Assembly: GCA_020627625.1 (NCBI GenBank)
Contig: JAHDGL010000001.1
Coordinates: 1-62,938, forward strand
Length of the DNA: 62,938 nt
Source of the DNA: Alphaproteobacteria bacterium
Lineage (GTDB): Bacteria; Pseudomonadota; Alphaproteobacteria; Rickettsiales; Rickettsiaceae
Reading direction: 5' to 3'
Shown: positions 20,240 to 30,291 of the stretch, in pieces
Position numbering within the stretch: position 1 is the stretch's first letter
Layout: each line of letters begins with the position of its first letter
Program-made: the position numbers and the translations under genes
The notes under the pieces: model-generated
The model's database searches: none
The model's input: only the letters and a program-made list of their open reading frames with translations
What the model was told of the DNA's origin: nothing

Positions 20240-20587
20240 ATGCAAGAAAATACTAATATTTCAGATTTATACAAAATGATCGCAAAATATAAAACAATGG
20301 CTATGCAATATAAAGCAGAAAATCAAAGTTTAATAGAGATCAATTCAATAAATAAAAACGTTTTACATAATTTTATTAATTCTAACGAAAAAGAAAAAAA
20401 CAAACAGGCGCAAGAAATTGAAAGGAAAAATGCAAAAATACAAGAACTACAACAAAAATTAAAACAATTAGATAATTGGGTTAAAGTTGATTTTCCTGAA
20501 GACGAAATAATACAAAGTCATAGTTCACAAAAAAACCTTGAGATTTCTGGTGAATCTCATAGTTCTTTTTACGAAATTGATTCATAA
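20240..20587 (+). CDS. Hypothetical coiled-coil protein, 115 aa
   Basis: ATG-started ORF in its own intergenic space, Q/E/K-rich with an acidic tail. No family recognised. Confidence 0.65.
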   Translation: MQENTNISDLYKMIAKYKTMAMQYKAENQSLIEINSINKNVLHNFINSNEKEKNKQAQEIERKNAKIQELQQKLKQLDNWVKVDFPEDEIIQSHSSQKNLEISGESHSSFYEIDS

Positions 20588-20615
20588 CTAAAACAACATG
20601 GTATTGTTAACTATA

Positions 20616-20640
20616 TATAGTTCAACGAATGTTTACTATA
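20616..20640. repeat. 25-bp mini-palindrome copy
   Basis: TATAGTTCAACGAATGTTTACTATA. Its reverse complement matches 34523-34547 at 22/25. Confidence 0.7.
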
Positions 20641-20655
20641 GTAAAAAATATTGCG

Positions 20656-21366
20656 CTATGCACCAAGCATATCCATTTCAATACTAATTAAGTCCTCTGG
20701 AGAAGAAAAATGGTACCAATGAACATTCTTAGCTGATAGTCCGATTACTTTATCACTATTTAAATAATATTCTCTGAGAGAGAATATTTTTAATGGGTGT
20801 TTTGCAACTTTCTTTGGTTTTAGAATTTGTAGGCCAGCGTAAATATATTCATAATTCTCTGTTTTATCAGGTCGGTGCAACTTACCTTGGGAATCAAGAT
20901 CAAAATCACCATGACCAGAATATCTAGATACGTCATTATATGGTTGCATTAACAATAAAAAATCCATTTTATTTGCATCCCATTTTTTAATCATAGCATT
21001 AAAAACATTATATTCAGATTGTATTACAATATCAGTATTTAGAGTAAATATTGGATTATCCCCCAATATTTTACTAGCATTTTTAATGGCTCCACCAGTT
21101 TCTAATAATTCTTCTTCATATATTGTTACTATTTCTGGGAAACCCGGATTTTTTTGTTTGAACTCTTTAATGGATTCTTCAATCTTTTTATGTAGATAAT
21201 GCGTGTTAATAACTATTTTTTTAAATGGATATGATTTACACAAATTCAAAGCATGATGTAATATCGGTTTGCCCAAAATAGGAATCAAAGTTTTAGGTGA
21301 GTTTTCTGTTAAATGACGCATACGGTTGCCAAGCCCTGCTGCAAATAACATTATTGTATCAATCAT
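20656..21366 (-). CDS. murU: MurNAc-alpha-1-phosphate uridylyltransferase (MurU-like nucleotidyltransferase)
   Basis: MLFAAGLGNRMRHLT..PK, LLETGGAI, GHGDF. ATGA overlap with the upstream amgK stop. Confidence 0.8.
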   Translation of the reverse strand: MIDTIMLFAAGLGNRMRHLTENSPKTLIPILGKPILHHALNLCKSYPFKKIVINTHYLHKKIEESIKEFKQKNPGFPEIVTIYEEELLETGGAIKNASKILGDNPIFTLNTDIVIQSEYNVFNAMIKKWDANKMDFLLLMQPYNDVSRYSGHGDFDLDSQGKLHRPDKTENYEYIYAGLQILKPKKVAKHPLKIFSLREYYLNSDKVIGLSAKNVHWYHFSSPEDLISIEMDMLGA

Positions 21367-22457
21367 TTTAAATTCTCCAGCCAATTTTTTAGTGGATTAA
21401 GAGTCGCATGCGACAAGTTATACTTAAGATATTTAAGCACTCTTGGAATGTATTGTAAATAATTATTGTCTTTATCTCTTAATAACTTACGTATAAACAC
21501 TCCTAAAATTCTACTATTTCTTTGCGCTCCCAAAATATGATAATTTAGTAATGTTTCTTTTATATCTACTTCTTTTTTCTCTACAAAATATTCTAAATAT
21601 CGTATTGCTTCTTTGCGTGGTACATCTATGCGCGCATCTTCTAGGATAGATACTAAATCATAAATTGGAGACCCAATCAGAGCATCCTGAAAATCCAATA
21701 ACCCCAACTTTTGTATATATTCACGATTCTCCAAATACATTAAGTTCTCAACATGATAGTCACGCAAGACTATACTACTTTGCATAGGTGCTTGCTTTTT
21801 TAAAATATTAATCCAAATTTGTTCAAATTCTACGATTTCATATTCATCAAGTTTGCGTTTATATGTATATGGTACATACCATTCGACAAACAATTTAAGT
21901 TCTGATAAGAGTAGTTCATTATCGTATTGCGGTAAATTTGAAGGTGGCTTCTGATTTTGCAGGGAAATTAGCAGGTCTATAACTAAGTGATATATATTTG
22001 TACATTTTTGTTGATCACACTTTATAATATTTATTATGTAATCTTTTAGACTAGTTGAGCCAAAATCTTCTAATATTAAAAAACCATGCTCTAGATCTTG
22101 GCTAATAATTTGTGGAGCTGAGAATCCGTTTTTTTGTAAATAAATACTTATATCCACAAATGGTTTTACACTGCAATAATTTGGCGGACAATCCATTACA
22201 ATATATTTATTATTTTCAAATATTATCCTGTAATAGTCTCTTTGCCCAGCGTCCCCAACTATTGGGGTTAAAGAATCCAAAGAACCTGGGAAAGATTGTT
22301 CAATAAATTGTTTTAAAATTATATCTCGGCTAATATTTGTATTATTATTATTTTTTTTACTATTGTTTTTTTTGGTATTGTTTTCTTTGATATTGTTTTT
22401 CTTAACTCCATCTTTTTTACTGTCGCTACCCTTTTTTGTGCTTGCGATCACGTTCAT
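21363..22457 (-). CDS. amgK: Anomeric MurNAc/GlcNAc kinase (AmgK-like, APH fold)
   Basis: GDAGQRDYYR, MDCPP, LEDFG, RDYHVENLM, DFQDALIG, YDLVSILEDAR, GAQRNSRILGVF. Coupled to murU. Confidence 0.82.
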   Translation of the reverse strand: MNVIASTKKGSDSKKDGVKKNNIKENNTKKNNSKKNNNNTNISRDIILKQFIEQSFPGSLDSLTPIVGDAGQRDYYRIIFENNKYIVMDCPPNYCSVKPFVDISIYLQKNGFSAPQIISQDLEHGFLILEDFGSTSLKDYIINIIKCDQQKCTNIYHLVIDLLISLQNQKPPSNLPQYDNELLLSELKLFVEWYVPYTYKRKLDEYEIVEFEQIWINILKKQAPMQSSIVLRDYHVENLMYLENREYIQKLGLLDFQDALIGSPIYDLVSILEDARIDVPRKEAIRYLEYFVEKKEVDIKETLLNYHILGAQRNSRILGVFIRKLLRDKDNNYLQYIPRVLKYLKYNLSHATLNPLKNWLENLK

Positions 22458-22459
22458 AA

Positions 22460-23734
22460 TTAAACGGCTATACGCTTTTTCGAAGTTGTAATTATTTTGT
22501 TGCTTTTCTTATTCTTAATTGTTGCAACCGTCTCATTATCCACTGATTTTTTATTAAAAGTAAGTTGTTTATTTTTTATCTCAGAAAAATTATACATATC
22601 TTCTAACAATAAATTCTCAATAATTGATTTAAGACCCCTAGCACCAGTATTTGTCTTTAAAGCTTTTTCAGCAATTGCCTGCAGAGCATCTTTGGTAAAA
22701 GTTAATTCTGCATCATTAAGAGAGAAAAGTTTTTTATACTGCTTAATGATTGCATTCTTAGGTTCAGTAAGAATGCGAATTAAAGCCGCTTTATCTAGCT
22801 CTTTTAATGTTGCAACAACCGGTATACGACCAATAAATTCTGGAATCATACCAAATTTTATTAAATCTTCGATTTGTAAATTTTTCAAAATATCATTATG
22901 ACGCATTTCTTCAATCGATTTTACGTTTGCTGCAAAACCGATAGAGCTTTTATTACTACGCATGGCTATAATATGTTCAATACCCATAAATGCCCCGCCG
23001 CAGATAAAAAGTATATTTGATGTATCTATCTGAATAGAATCTTGTTGCGGATGTTTTCTTCCTCCTTGTGGCGGCACATTTGCAACCGTCCCCTCCATTA
23101 TTTTAAGCAATGCTTGTTGTACACCTTCACCAGACACATCACGAGTAATCGACATATTTTCAGATTTTTTAGCAATCTTATCAATCTCATCAATATAAAT
23201 AATACCTTTTTGAGCTTTCTCTACATTAAAATCTGCTGCTTGCAGCAAGCGTAATAAAATACTTTCGACATCCTCACCAACATACCCAGCTTCTGTAAGA
23301 GTAGTAGCATCCGCCATGGTAAATGGTACATCTAATATTTTAGCAAGAGTTTGTGCTAGTAAAGTTTTACCAGAACCTGTTGAGCCTATCAGCATGATAT
23401 TAGATTTTGATAACTCTACATCGTCTTTTGCAGGAGATGCAATATCTTCTAAACGCTTATAGTGATTATAGACAGCAACCGATAATACTTTCTTAGCTCT
23501 ATCTTGACCAATTACATGTTCATTTAGTATTTTACAAATTTCTTTAGGGTTAGGTATTGAAGAAGAGATTGCTTCAGCTTTCTCATTTGCATCTTCTGTA
23601 ATGATATCTAGACAAATTTCTGTACACTCATTACAAATAAATACTGCTGGTCCTGCTATTAATTTTTTTACTTCAAATTGGCTTTTACCACAAAATGAGC
23701 AATGTAGAAGCTTTTCTTTAGATTTTTCTATCAT
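22460..23734 (-). CDS. clpX: ATP-dependent Clp protease ATP-binding subunit ClpX
   Basis: CSFCGK zinc finger, [25 protein letters not shown] and the IGF loop. Confidence 0.98.
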   Translation of the reverse strand: MIEKSKEKLLHCSFCGKSQFEVKKLIAGPAVFICNECTEICLDIITEDANEKAEAISSSIPNPKEICKILNEHVIGQDRAKKVLSVAVYNHYKRLEDIASPAKDDVELSKSNIMLIGSTGSGKTLLAQTLAKILDVPFTMADATTLTEAGYVGEDVESILLRLLQAADFNVEKAQKGIIYIDEIDKIAKKSENMSITRDVSGEGVQQALLKIMEGTVANVPPQGGRKHPQQDSIQIDTSNILFICGGAFMGIEHIIAMRSNKSSIGFAANVKSIEEMRHNDILKNLQIEDLIKFGMIPEFIGRIPVVATLKELDKAALIRILTEPKNAIIKQYKKLFSLNDAELTFTKDALQAIAEKALKTNTGARGLKSIIENLLLEDMYNFSEIKNKQLTFNKKSVDNETVATIKNKKSNKIITTSKKRIAV

Positions 23735-23817
23735 CAATTTACCTAAATAAATTTCTATATTATAGTCCGTACTATGGATTATTTATATTTAACAGCTATT
23801 TAACAAAAAGTAAAACT

Positions 23818-24420
23818 TTACTTTTTTACTAACATTAAATCTCTGTTTTGAATTATTTTATCCACTAAACCAAAATCTTTTGCTTCTTGCGGTGACATAA
23901 AATTGTCTCTTTCCATGCTTTTCTCCATCTGAGCAATAGTCTTGCCAGTATGTTTAGCATAAATACTATTTAACAAGCTTTTAACTTTCATCGTTTCTTT
24001 AGCATGAATCTCAATATCTGTTGCTTGCCCCCTGTATCCACCAGCTGGTTGATGAATCATTACGCGGCTATTAGGCAGTGCATAGCGCATTCCTTTTTCG
24101 CCAGCTAATAAAATTGTTGCCCCCATGGAGCAAGCTTGTCCGATACATAATGTTGCAATTTTTGGTTTGATATATTGCATAGTATCGTAAATAGCTAAAC
24201 CAGAACTAACCACACCACCAGGAGAGTTAATATACATATATATTTCCTTGTCAGGATTGTCGGCTTCTAAAAATAATAATTGTGCAACAATTATATTTGC
24301 CATTTGATCTTCAAATTCACCGCATACAAAAACTATTCGTTCTTTTAATAGTCTAGAGTAAATATCATAAGATCTCTCTCCTTTTGGAGTTTGCTCAACA
24401 ACAACCGGTACGTATGGCAT
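23818..24420 (-). CDS. clpP: Clp protease proteolytic subunit
   Basis: [26 protein letters not shown] (Ser), MIHQP (His). Confidence 0.98.
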   Translation of the reverse strand: MPYVPVVVEQTPKGERSYDIYSRLLKERIVFVCGEFEDQMANIIVAQLLFLEADNPDKEIYMYINSPGGVVSSGLAIYDTMQYIKPKIATLCIGQACSMGATILLAGEKGMRYALPNSRVMIHQPAGGYRGQATDIEIHAKETMKVKSLLNSIYAKHTGKTIAQMEKSMERDNFMSPQEAKDFGLVDKIIQNRDLMLVKK

Positions 24421-24458
24421 AAGTAATTCTCTACGGATTTTTTAATTAATATTTGTTT

Positions 24459-24860
24459 TTATAATTTATTTTCTTTGTTAAGCTCAAAAAGATCTTGGTA
24501 TCCTCCTATAAACTTATCATCTATAAATATATAAGGAACAGTAGTTTGTCCTGTTTGTTCGATTAGTTTTATAATCAAATCGTTTTTATTTGTCAATTCA
24601 ACTTCTTCATAGGGAATTCCTTTCCTTTCTAATAATATTTTGGCTCTAGTGCAATAGCTGCAACCATTTTTTGAATAAATCATTACTTTAATATTTTCTA
24701 CAACACCAGATTTCATATTATCCTTAAAATCAGATTTCGCAACATTCTCAACTACAACTTCATTTGTTGATTGATAATTTGTATATAATTTTATGCCAGC
24801 CAATATAGTTAGTATAAATAAGATAAATAGAGTGATTTTATTAAATAGTTTGTTTTTCAT
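24459..24860 (-). CDS. Dithiol glutaredoxin (GrxC-like) with an N-terminal membrane anchor
   Basis: CSYC active site, TVP and IGG motifs, hydrophobic residues ~9-23. Confidence 0.85.
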   Translation of the reverse strand: MKNKLFNKITLFILFILTILAGIKLYTNYQSTNEVVVENVAKSDFKDNMKSGVVENIKVMIYSKNGCSYCTRAKILLERKGIPYEEVELTNKNDLIIKLIEQTGQTTVPYIFIDDKFIGGYQDLFELNKENKL

Positions 24861-25022
24861 AATGTAAATTCATTGATTTTGTATTACAAGCATAACAATT
24901 TGATAATACAAAATCCACACAAAATAAATATGAAATATATTTTAATATCAAGTTTTGGTATTAATTATTTATTAGCATCTGTTATAATAAGTAATTGAAC
25001 TAAAATGTGGTTGTGAATTAAT

Positions 25023-27371
25023 ATGCTTTCTAACAATTTAGAACACACTCTGAGCAAAGCTCTATCGATTGCTACCGAAAAGCATCATGAATATGCCACA
25101 TATGAACATCTTTTATTAGCATTAATAGACGATAGCGATGTCAAGCAAGCTTTAATAGAAAACAATGTTGCAATAGAGTTGCTAATTATCCGGTTGCAAA
25201 AATATATTGAACATAATTTAGTTGATTTGGTTGATCAAAATGTCAAAGAAGCAAAGCCAACAGCAGGTTTCCAGCGTATAATTCAGCGCGCTGCACTTCA
25301 CGGACGCGCTAATGGTCAAAAAAATATCACAGGAGTGCACGTTCTAGCAGAGTTCTTTTTTGAATATGAGGCATATGCGTTACTATGCTTGAAGGAATCA
25401 AATTTAAGTAGAAGTAATTTATTGGAATATATTAAAAAATATTCTCAACCAATTAAAAAACTATCTACTGATACTGACACCTCACAAGTAACTTTGATTA
25501 ATAATTTAAAACAAACAAAAAATAATTTGAATACAAAATTATTAATAGGAGGGCAAGAAGCGCAAGAACAAAATGAGCTAGAAAAATATTGCACTAATTT
25601 AAATGAATGCGCCAATACAGATGCAATTGATTCTTTGGTTGGTAGACAACAAGAAATTCAACGTGCTATTGAAATTTTATGCCGCAGGAAAAAAAATAAT
25701 GCAATTTTAGTTGGTGAACCCGGCGTTGGTAAAACTGCAATTGCTGAAGGAATGGCGATTCGGATAGTAAAAAATGACGTTCCTGAAATGTTAAAAAATG
25801 CTGTAATTTATTCTTTAGACGTGGGCAGCTTAGTTGCTGGCACAAAATTTCGTGGTGACTTTGAAGAGCGAATAAAAAACTTACTGAAAAAATTTAAAAA
25901 TACTCAAAATGCAATTTTATTTATTGATGAGATTCATACAATCATTGGTGCTGGCTCAAATCAAACTGGTTCTTTAGATGCAAGCAACCTTTTAAAGCCC
26001 GCTTTAGCAAAAGGTGAGTTACGTTGTATTGGCTCTACTACTTTTAAAGAATACGGCAATCATTTTGAGAAAGATGCGGCTTTGATACGCAGATTTCAAA
26101 AAATAGTCATTACTGAACCAAACGAAAAAGAGTCATTTAACATACTTAAGGGTCTTAAGAATTATTACGAACAACACCATAATGTTGTTTATTTAGATTC
26201 TGCATTAAAGGCGGCTGTTAATTTATCAACTCGTTATATTAATGATCGTTATCTACCAGATAAAGCTATAGACCTTATTGATGAAGTTGGCTCTAGAAGT
26301 AAATTATTAAAAAACAACAAACAAAAAGATGAAAAAATAATTATAACTAATAAGCATATAGAAGAATTATTATCTAGCATTTTAAATATTCCACAAATTA
26401 GTATTGAATCTAGTGAAATTAGTCACTTAAAATCTTTAAGTCATAATTTGCAAAAATGTATTTTTGGCCAAAATGAAGCTATAAACAGTCTTTGTGCGAG
26501 TATTAAATTATCAAGAGCGGGACTACGCAGAACTAACAGACCAACAGGGTGTTATCTATTTGCCGGACCAACTGGCGTTGGTAAAACTGAACTTGCAAAA
26601 CAGCTAGCTATATTTTCTAATATGAAATTATTAAAGTTTGATATGTCAGAGTTTGCAGAACAAAGCGCACCATCAAAGCTCTTAGGGAGCGCTCCAGGAT
26701 ATGTTGGATTTGATCAAGGTGGTATGTTAACTTCCGAGGTCGATAAATATCCTTATTCGGTAGTATTACTCGATGAAATTGAAAAAGCGAACTCAGAAGT
26801 ACTTAATTTATTATTACAAGTAATGGACGAAGGTGTTCTTAAATCTAGTTGTGGTAAAATGATTGATTTCACCCATACTATTATTATTTTAACTACCAAC
26901 GTTATAGCTAAAGAACAATTTGATTTTGGCTTTAATAAAAATGACCAAAACCATCAACCAAATATTAATATGGACGGGATCAACTCCACATTTAGTCCAG
27001 AATTTCAAAGCAGACTTGATAATATAATATTTTTTAATCCAATAGACGGAATAGTAGATAAGATTGTATCCAAAAATTTACAGGATTTAAAAAAACAACT
27101 TGCAGATAAAAAGGTTAGTCTTAAAATCAGCCCAGCTGTGAAGAGATATTTTGCACAAAAATGTTTTAATGCAGATAATGGTGCAAGAGGGCTTGATAGG
27201 ACAATAGATAGCAAAATCAAACAGATAATTGCTGATGAAATTCTATTTGGCAAGTTAGTTAATGGAGGAATAGCTAATGTAAGTTTTTGTAAAAAGAATC
27301 ATGAAATAGTTTTTAAGTTCTCAAACACAAAAGATATTCCAAAAAAACAACCAGAAACTACAATGGATTGA
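25023..27371 (+). CDS. clpA: ATP-dependent Clp protease ATP-binding subunit ClpA
   Basis: N-domain HEYATYEHLLLAL and PTAGFQRIIQRA, two AAA+ modules (GEPGVGKT, GPTGVGKTE), and no long ClpB middle domain. Confidence 0.92.
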   Translation: MLSNNLEHTLSKALSIATEKHHEYATYEHLLLALIDDSDVKQALIENNVAIELLIIRLQKYIEHNLVDLVDQNVKEAKPTAGFQRIIQRAALHGRANGQKNITGVHVLAEFFFEYEAYALLCLKESNLSRSNLLEYIKKYSQPIKKLSTDTDTSQVTLINNLKQTKNNLNTKLLIGGQEAQEQNELEKYCTNLNECANTDAIDSLVGRQQEIQRAIEILCRRKKNNAILVGEPGVGKTAIAEGMAIRIVKNDVPEMLKNAVIYSLDVGSLVAGTKFRGDFEERIKNLLKKFKNTQNAILFIDEIHTIIGAGSNQTGSLDASNLLKPALAKGELRCIGSTTFKEYGNHFEKDAALIRRFQKIVITEPNEKESFNILKGLKNYYEQHHNVVYLDSALKAAVNLSTRYINDRYLPDKAIDLIDEVGSRSKLLKNNKQKDEKIIITNKHIEELLSSILNIPQISIESSEISHLKSLSHNLQKCIFGQNEAINSLCASIKLSRAGLRRTNRPTGCYLFAGPTGVGKTELAKQLAIFSNMKLLKFDMSEFAEQSAPSKLLGSAPGYVGFDQGGMLTSEVDKYPYSVVLLDEIEKANSEVLNLLLQVMDEGVLKSSCGKMIDFTHTIIILTTNVIAKEQFDFGFNKNDQNHQPNINMDGINSTFSPEFQSRLDNIIFFNPIDGIVDKIVSKNLQDLKKQLADKKVSLKISPAVKRYFAQKCFNADNGARGLDRTIDSKIKQIIADEILFGKLVNGGIANVSFCKKNHEIVFKFSNTKDIPKKQPETTMD

Positions 27372-27434
27372 ATCTAATCAGAGTTTTAGGATGTTTTTGG
27401 CTAAAATAAGCTTATATTTTACAGAAAATAGTTA

Positions 27435-27635
27435 TTATTTTTTTAGCAATTCTAACTCTTGATTTAGTTTTATCACTAGAGCGTGTAATTGTTCGTACTC
27501 TTCTCTAGTAACATATTTGCCTTTTATAATTTCTTGCTCTATATAGCTGGCGCTAGATTTTTGCATGGCTTTTCTGGATTGACGGAATAGTTTATTTGCC
27601 CCAGATAGTATCTTTACTATATTTTCTTGATTCAT
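27435..27635 (-). CDS. Small UbiK/BMFP-like coiled-coil protein
   Basis: YVTREEYE motif followed by a short coiled coil. Confidence 0.55.
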   Translation of the reverse strand: MNQENIVKILSGANKLFRQSRKAMQKSSASYIEQEIIKGKYVTREEYEQLHALVIKLNQELELLKK

Positions 27636-27657
27636 TATTTACATTTTGTTCTTTAAT

Positions 27658-27912
27658 TTAAAGTACTTTAATGGAAAGAGCGTGGAGACCTGTTTCAAAC
27701 TCACTTTTAAGAAGGTTGTTTATTATGCGATGCTGTTTCACCTTATTTAAGTTTTTTAACTCTTCAGCAGCAATTTGGATAGCAAAATGAGTCTCTCCTT
27801 TATCAGAAAGATTTCCAGAATGTCCAGCATGTTTGGCGCTATCGTCAGTGATTTCTAAAATATGTGGGTTTAAAACACTCAGCTTTTGCTTTATGACTTC
27901 TGTTCTGCTCAT
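27658..27912 (-). CDS. bolA: BolA family protein
   Basis: DDSAKHAGH, ETHF, KQHRII, GLHALSI. Confidence 0.93.
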   Translation of the reverse strand: MSRTEVIKQKLSVLNPHILEITDDSAKHAGHSGNLSDKGETHFAIQIAAEELKNLNKVKQHRIINNLLKSEFETGLHALSIKVL

Positions 27913-27988
27913 AAATATTATTTAATAGTTTTAAAGTGATTACATCTTTGATAGTATGTTAATCATTATTTTTCGAGCATAGGATGTT

Positions 27989-29191
27989 ATGGAAGAAAAA
28001 GCAAGAATTATAGCAAGCATACAAGAAGATCTAGATAAAATAGAAAATGGCATATTATTATCGATAAAGCTACTTAATAAAGATGAGCTAAATATTTTAA
28101 TTGAAGACACTGATAAAATTATAAAAAAATTTTATTTTATGGTCAGAAAGGCCTGTGAAGAAATCAAGGATTGTAAGATAATTAAAACCACAGACCCTAC
28201 AAAAATATATATTATTGTCGCAGATGATTTACGTTTAGCCGAAAAATTAGCGTACTCAATATATTCACAAGTACAATTATATGTCGATGAAGAATTCCCA
28301 GAAAGCTATTTAAAATGTTCCGTAGGTAGTATTAGATTCTCACCAGAATTAAACTTAAATGCTGATAAATTAATATCCAGGTTAATATATGGTATATTAT
28401 CATCTCACGACCAAAGCTATTATTACTGTTATGATGATAATCCAATTAATATAGATGATATAAGAGATCGTAATATAAAATTAAACTTATTAAGATCTTC
28501 GATACTAAATAAAAAAGCCAAGTTTTTATATCAACCTATTATTGATCGAAAAACTGGTGATATTGAATATTATGAATGTTTATTACGCATTCCAGATAAA
28601 AATAATAATTTCGTATCTGTTGGTTCTATTATAAAAGATGCTGAGAAAAAGAATTTAATTAATATAGTGGATTTTACAGTAATCGAAATGGTAATTAGGG
28701 AGCTTTATCGAGACGAAAAAATAAAATTATCTGTTAATATTTCTAATATCGGCCTGCTTAATAAAAGATTACTTAAAAGAATAGAAACATTACTAAAAAA
28801 ATATCAAGTTGCTAATCGATTAATCATAGAAATAACAGAAACTTCATTAAATTACGATTTAGTTGCAACTAAAAATTTTATTAATACACTACGTTCATAT
28901 GGCTGTCGTTTTGCTCTTGATGATTTCGGTTCTGGTTTTACATCTTTCAAACAGCTAATTAATCTACCAATTGATATTATTAAAATTGATGGTAGCTACA
29001 TACGTGATGTATTAATTAACAAACATAGTAGATCTTTTGTTGAGGCTTTAATTAAACTAGCTGCAGATCTTGGTATAAGAACCGTTGCTGAATTTGTAGA
29101 AAATGGAGAAATTGCTAAATTCTTAATAGAGATTAAAGTTGACAGTATGCAAGGCAACTTCTTCCTAGCAGCCTCTGAAAAGCGCATATAG
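27989..29191 (+). CDS. EAL-domain c-di-GMP phosphodiesterase
   Basis: YQPI, ECLLR, SVNIS, IEITET, ALDDFGSGFTS, IKIDGS, VAEFVE, QG. Confidence 0.9.
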   Translation: MEEKARIIASIQEDLDKIENGILLSIKLLNKDELNILIEDTDKIIKKFYFMVRKACEEIKDCKIIKTTDPTKIYIIVADDLRLAEKLAYSIYSQVQLYVDEEFPESYLKCSVGSIRFSPELNLNADKLISRLIYGILSSHDQSYYYCYDDNPINIDDIRDRNIKLNLLRSSILNKKAKFLYQPIIDRKTGDIEYYECLLRIPDKNNNFVSVGSIIKDAEKKNLINIVDFTVIEMVIRELYRDEKIKLSVNISNIGLLNKRLLKRIETLLKKYQVANRLIIEITETSLNYDLVATKNFINTLRSYGCRFALDDFGSGFTSFKQLINLPIDIIKIDGSYIRDVLINKHSRSFVEALIKLAADLGIRTVAEFVENGEIAKFLIEIKVDSMQGNFFLAASEKRI

Positions 29192-29415
29192 ACATAATTA
29201 AACCATGATTCTGGTTCGGTTTTTTTATAGCAAAATAAAAAAATATCTTTATAATTCTGATAATTGAAAATTATAATGCGAATCGATTTCTAAATTACAA
29301 ACTATATTTGGCAGTGATTATTTGTCAGTGATTTGAATATTTTATAATTCACCAAACATGCATCTTATCAATTTTACTATAAAAAATTTATTAAATTATA
29401 ATTACAAGTTAAGCT

Positions 29416-30288
29416 ATGAAAAAACTATCATTCCAAGAGCTAATATTAGAGTTACAAAAATATTGGCAAGATTATGGCTGTGCAATATTACAGCCTTATG
29501 ATTTAGAAGTTGGGGCTGGGACTTTCCACCCGGCAACTGTTCTGCGTGCGCTTGGCCCAAAACCTTGGAATGTTGCATATGTACAACCATCAAGAAGACC
29601 TACTGATAGTAGGTATGCTGAACACCCAAACCGTATGCAACATTATTATCAATTCCAGGTAATTTTAAAACCATCGCCTGATAATATACAAGAATTATAC
29701 CTCAAAAGCCTAGAGCATCTTGGTATTGATATGAAAAAACATGATATACGTTTTGTTGAAGATGATTGGGAATCTCCAACTCTTGGCGCATCAGGATTAG
29801 GTTGGGAAGTATGGTGCAACGGCATGGAGGTATCGCAATTTACCTATATGCAACAAATTGGTGGTATTGATACCAGACCCGTCTCTGGTGAACTAACTTA
29901 TGGCCTTGAACGTTTAGCTTTGTACATTCAAGGAGTTGATGCAGTAAAAGATCTAGATTGGAATGGTCAAACTGGAGAAAAAGCTTTAACTTATGGCGAG
30001 GTGGATTTTGATGCTGAGAAACAATTCTCAAAGTTTAATTTAGAAATCGCTAATACTGAAATATTATTAAAACATTTTGATGACACCGAAAAACAATCTA
30101 TAGACCTAATAAAAGAGAATCTGCCAATGCCTGCTTATGATTATTGCATAAAGGCTAGTCATTTATTTAATTTACTTTGCGCAAGAGGAGTAGTTAGCGT
30201 AACAGAGAGAGCCGCTTATATTGCAAGGGTACGAAATTTAGCTAAGTTAGCCTGTGAAAAATGGATAGAAATGGAAGAAGGAGCATAA
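29416..30288 (+). CDS. glyQ: Glycine-tRNA ligase alpha subunit
   Basis: [36 protein letters not shown]. Confidence 0.98.
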   Translation: MKKLSFQELILELQKYWQDYGCAILQPYDLEVGAGTFHPATVLRALGPKPWNVAYVQPSRRPTDSRYAEHPNRMQHYYQFQVILKPSPDNIQELYLKSLEHLGIDMKKHDIRFVEDDWESPTLGASGLGWEVWCNGMEVSQFTYMQQIGGIDTRPVSGELTYGLERLALYIQGVDAVKDLDWNGQTGEKALTYGEVDFDAEKQFSKFNLEIANTEILLKHFDDTEKQSIDLIKENLPMPAYDYCIKASHLFNLLCARGVVSVTERAAYIARVRNLAKLACEKWIEMEEGA

Positions 30289-30291
30289 ATT

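Noticed and set aside
21363-22457. APH-fold kinase as an aminoglycoside resistance gene
   Set aside because: Its motifs and coupling to a MurU-like gene fit AmgK much better.
23789-23804. CtrA-box-like TTAA-N7-TTAAC upstream of clpX
   Set aside because: At this AT content several such matches are expected by chance in 63 kb. Conservation data would be needed.
29305-29332. 14-bp tandem repeat TATTTG(G/T)CAGTGAT upstream of glyQ as a T-box or riboswitch
   Set aside because: There is no T-box consensus or terminator structure. It is probably a local slippage duplication.
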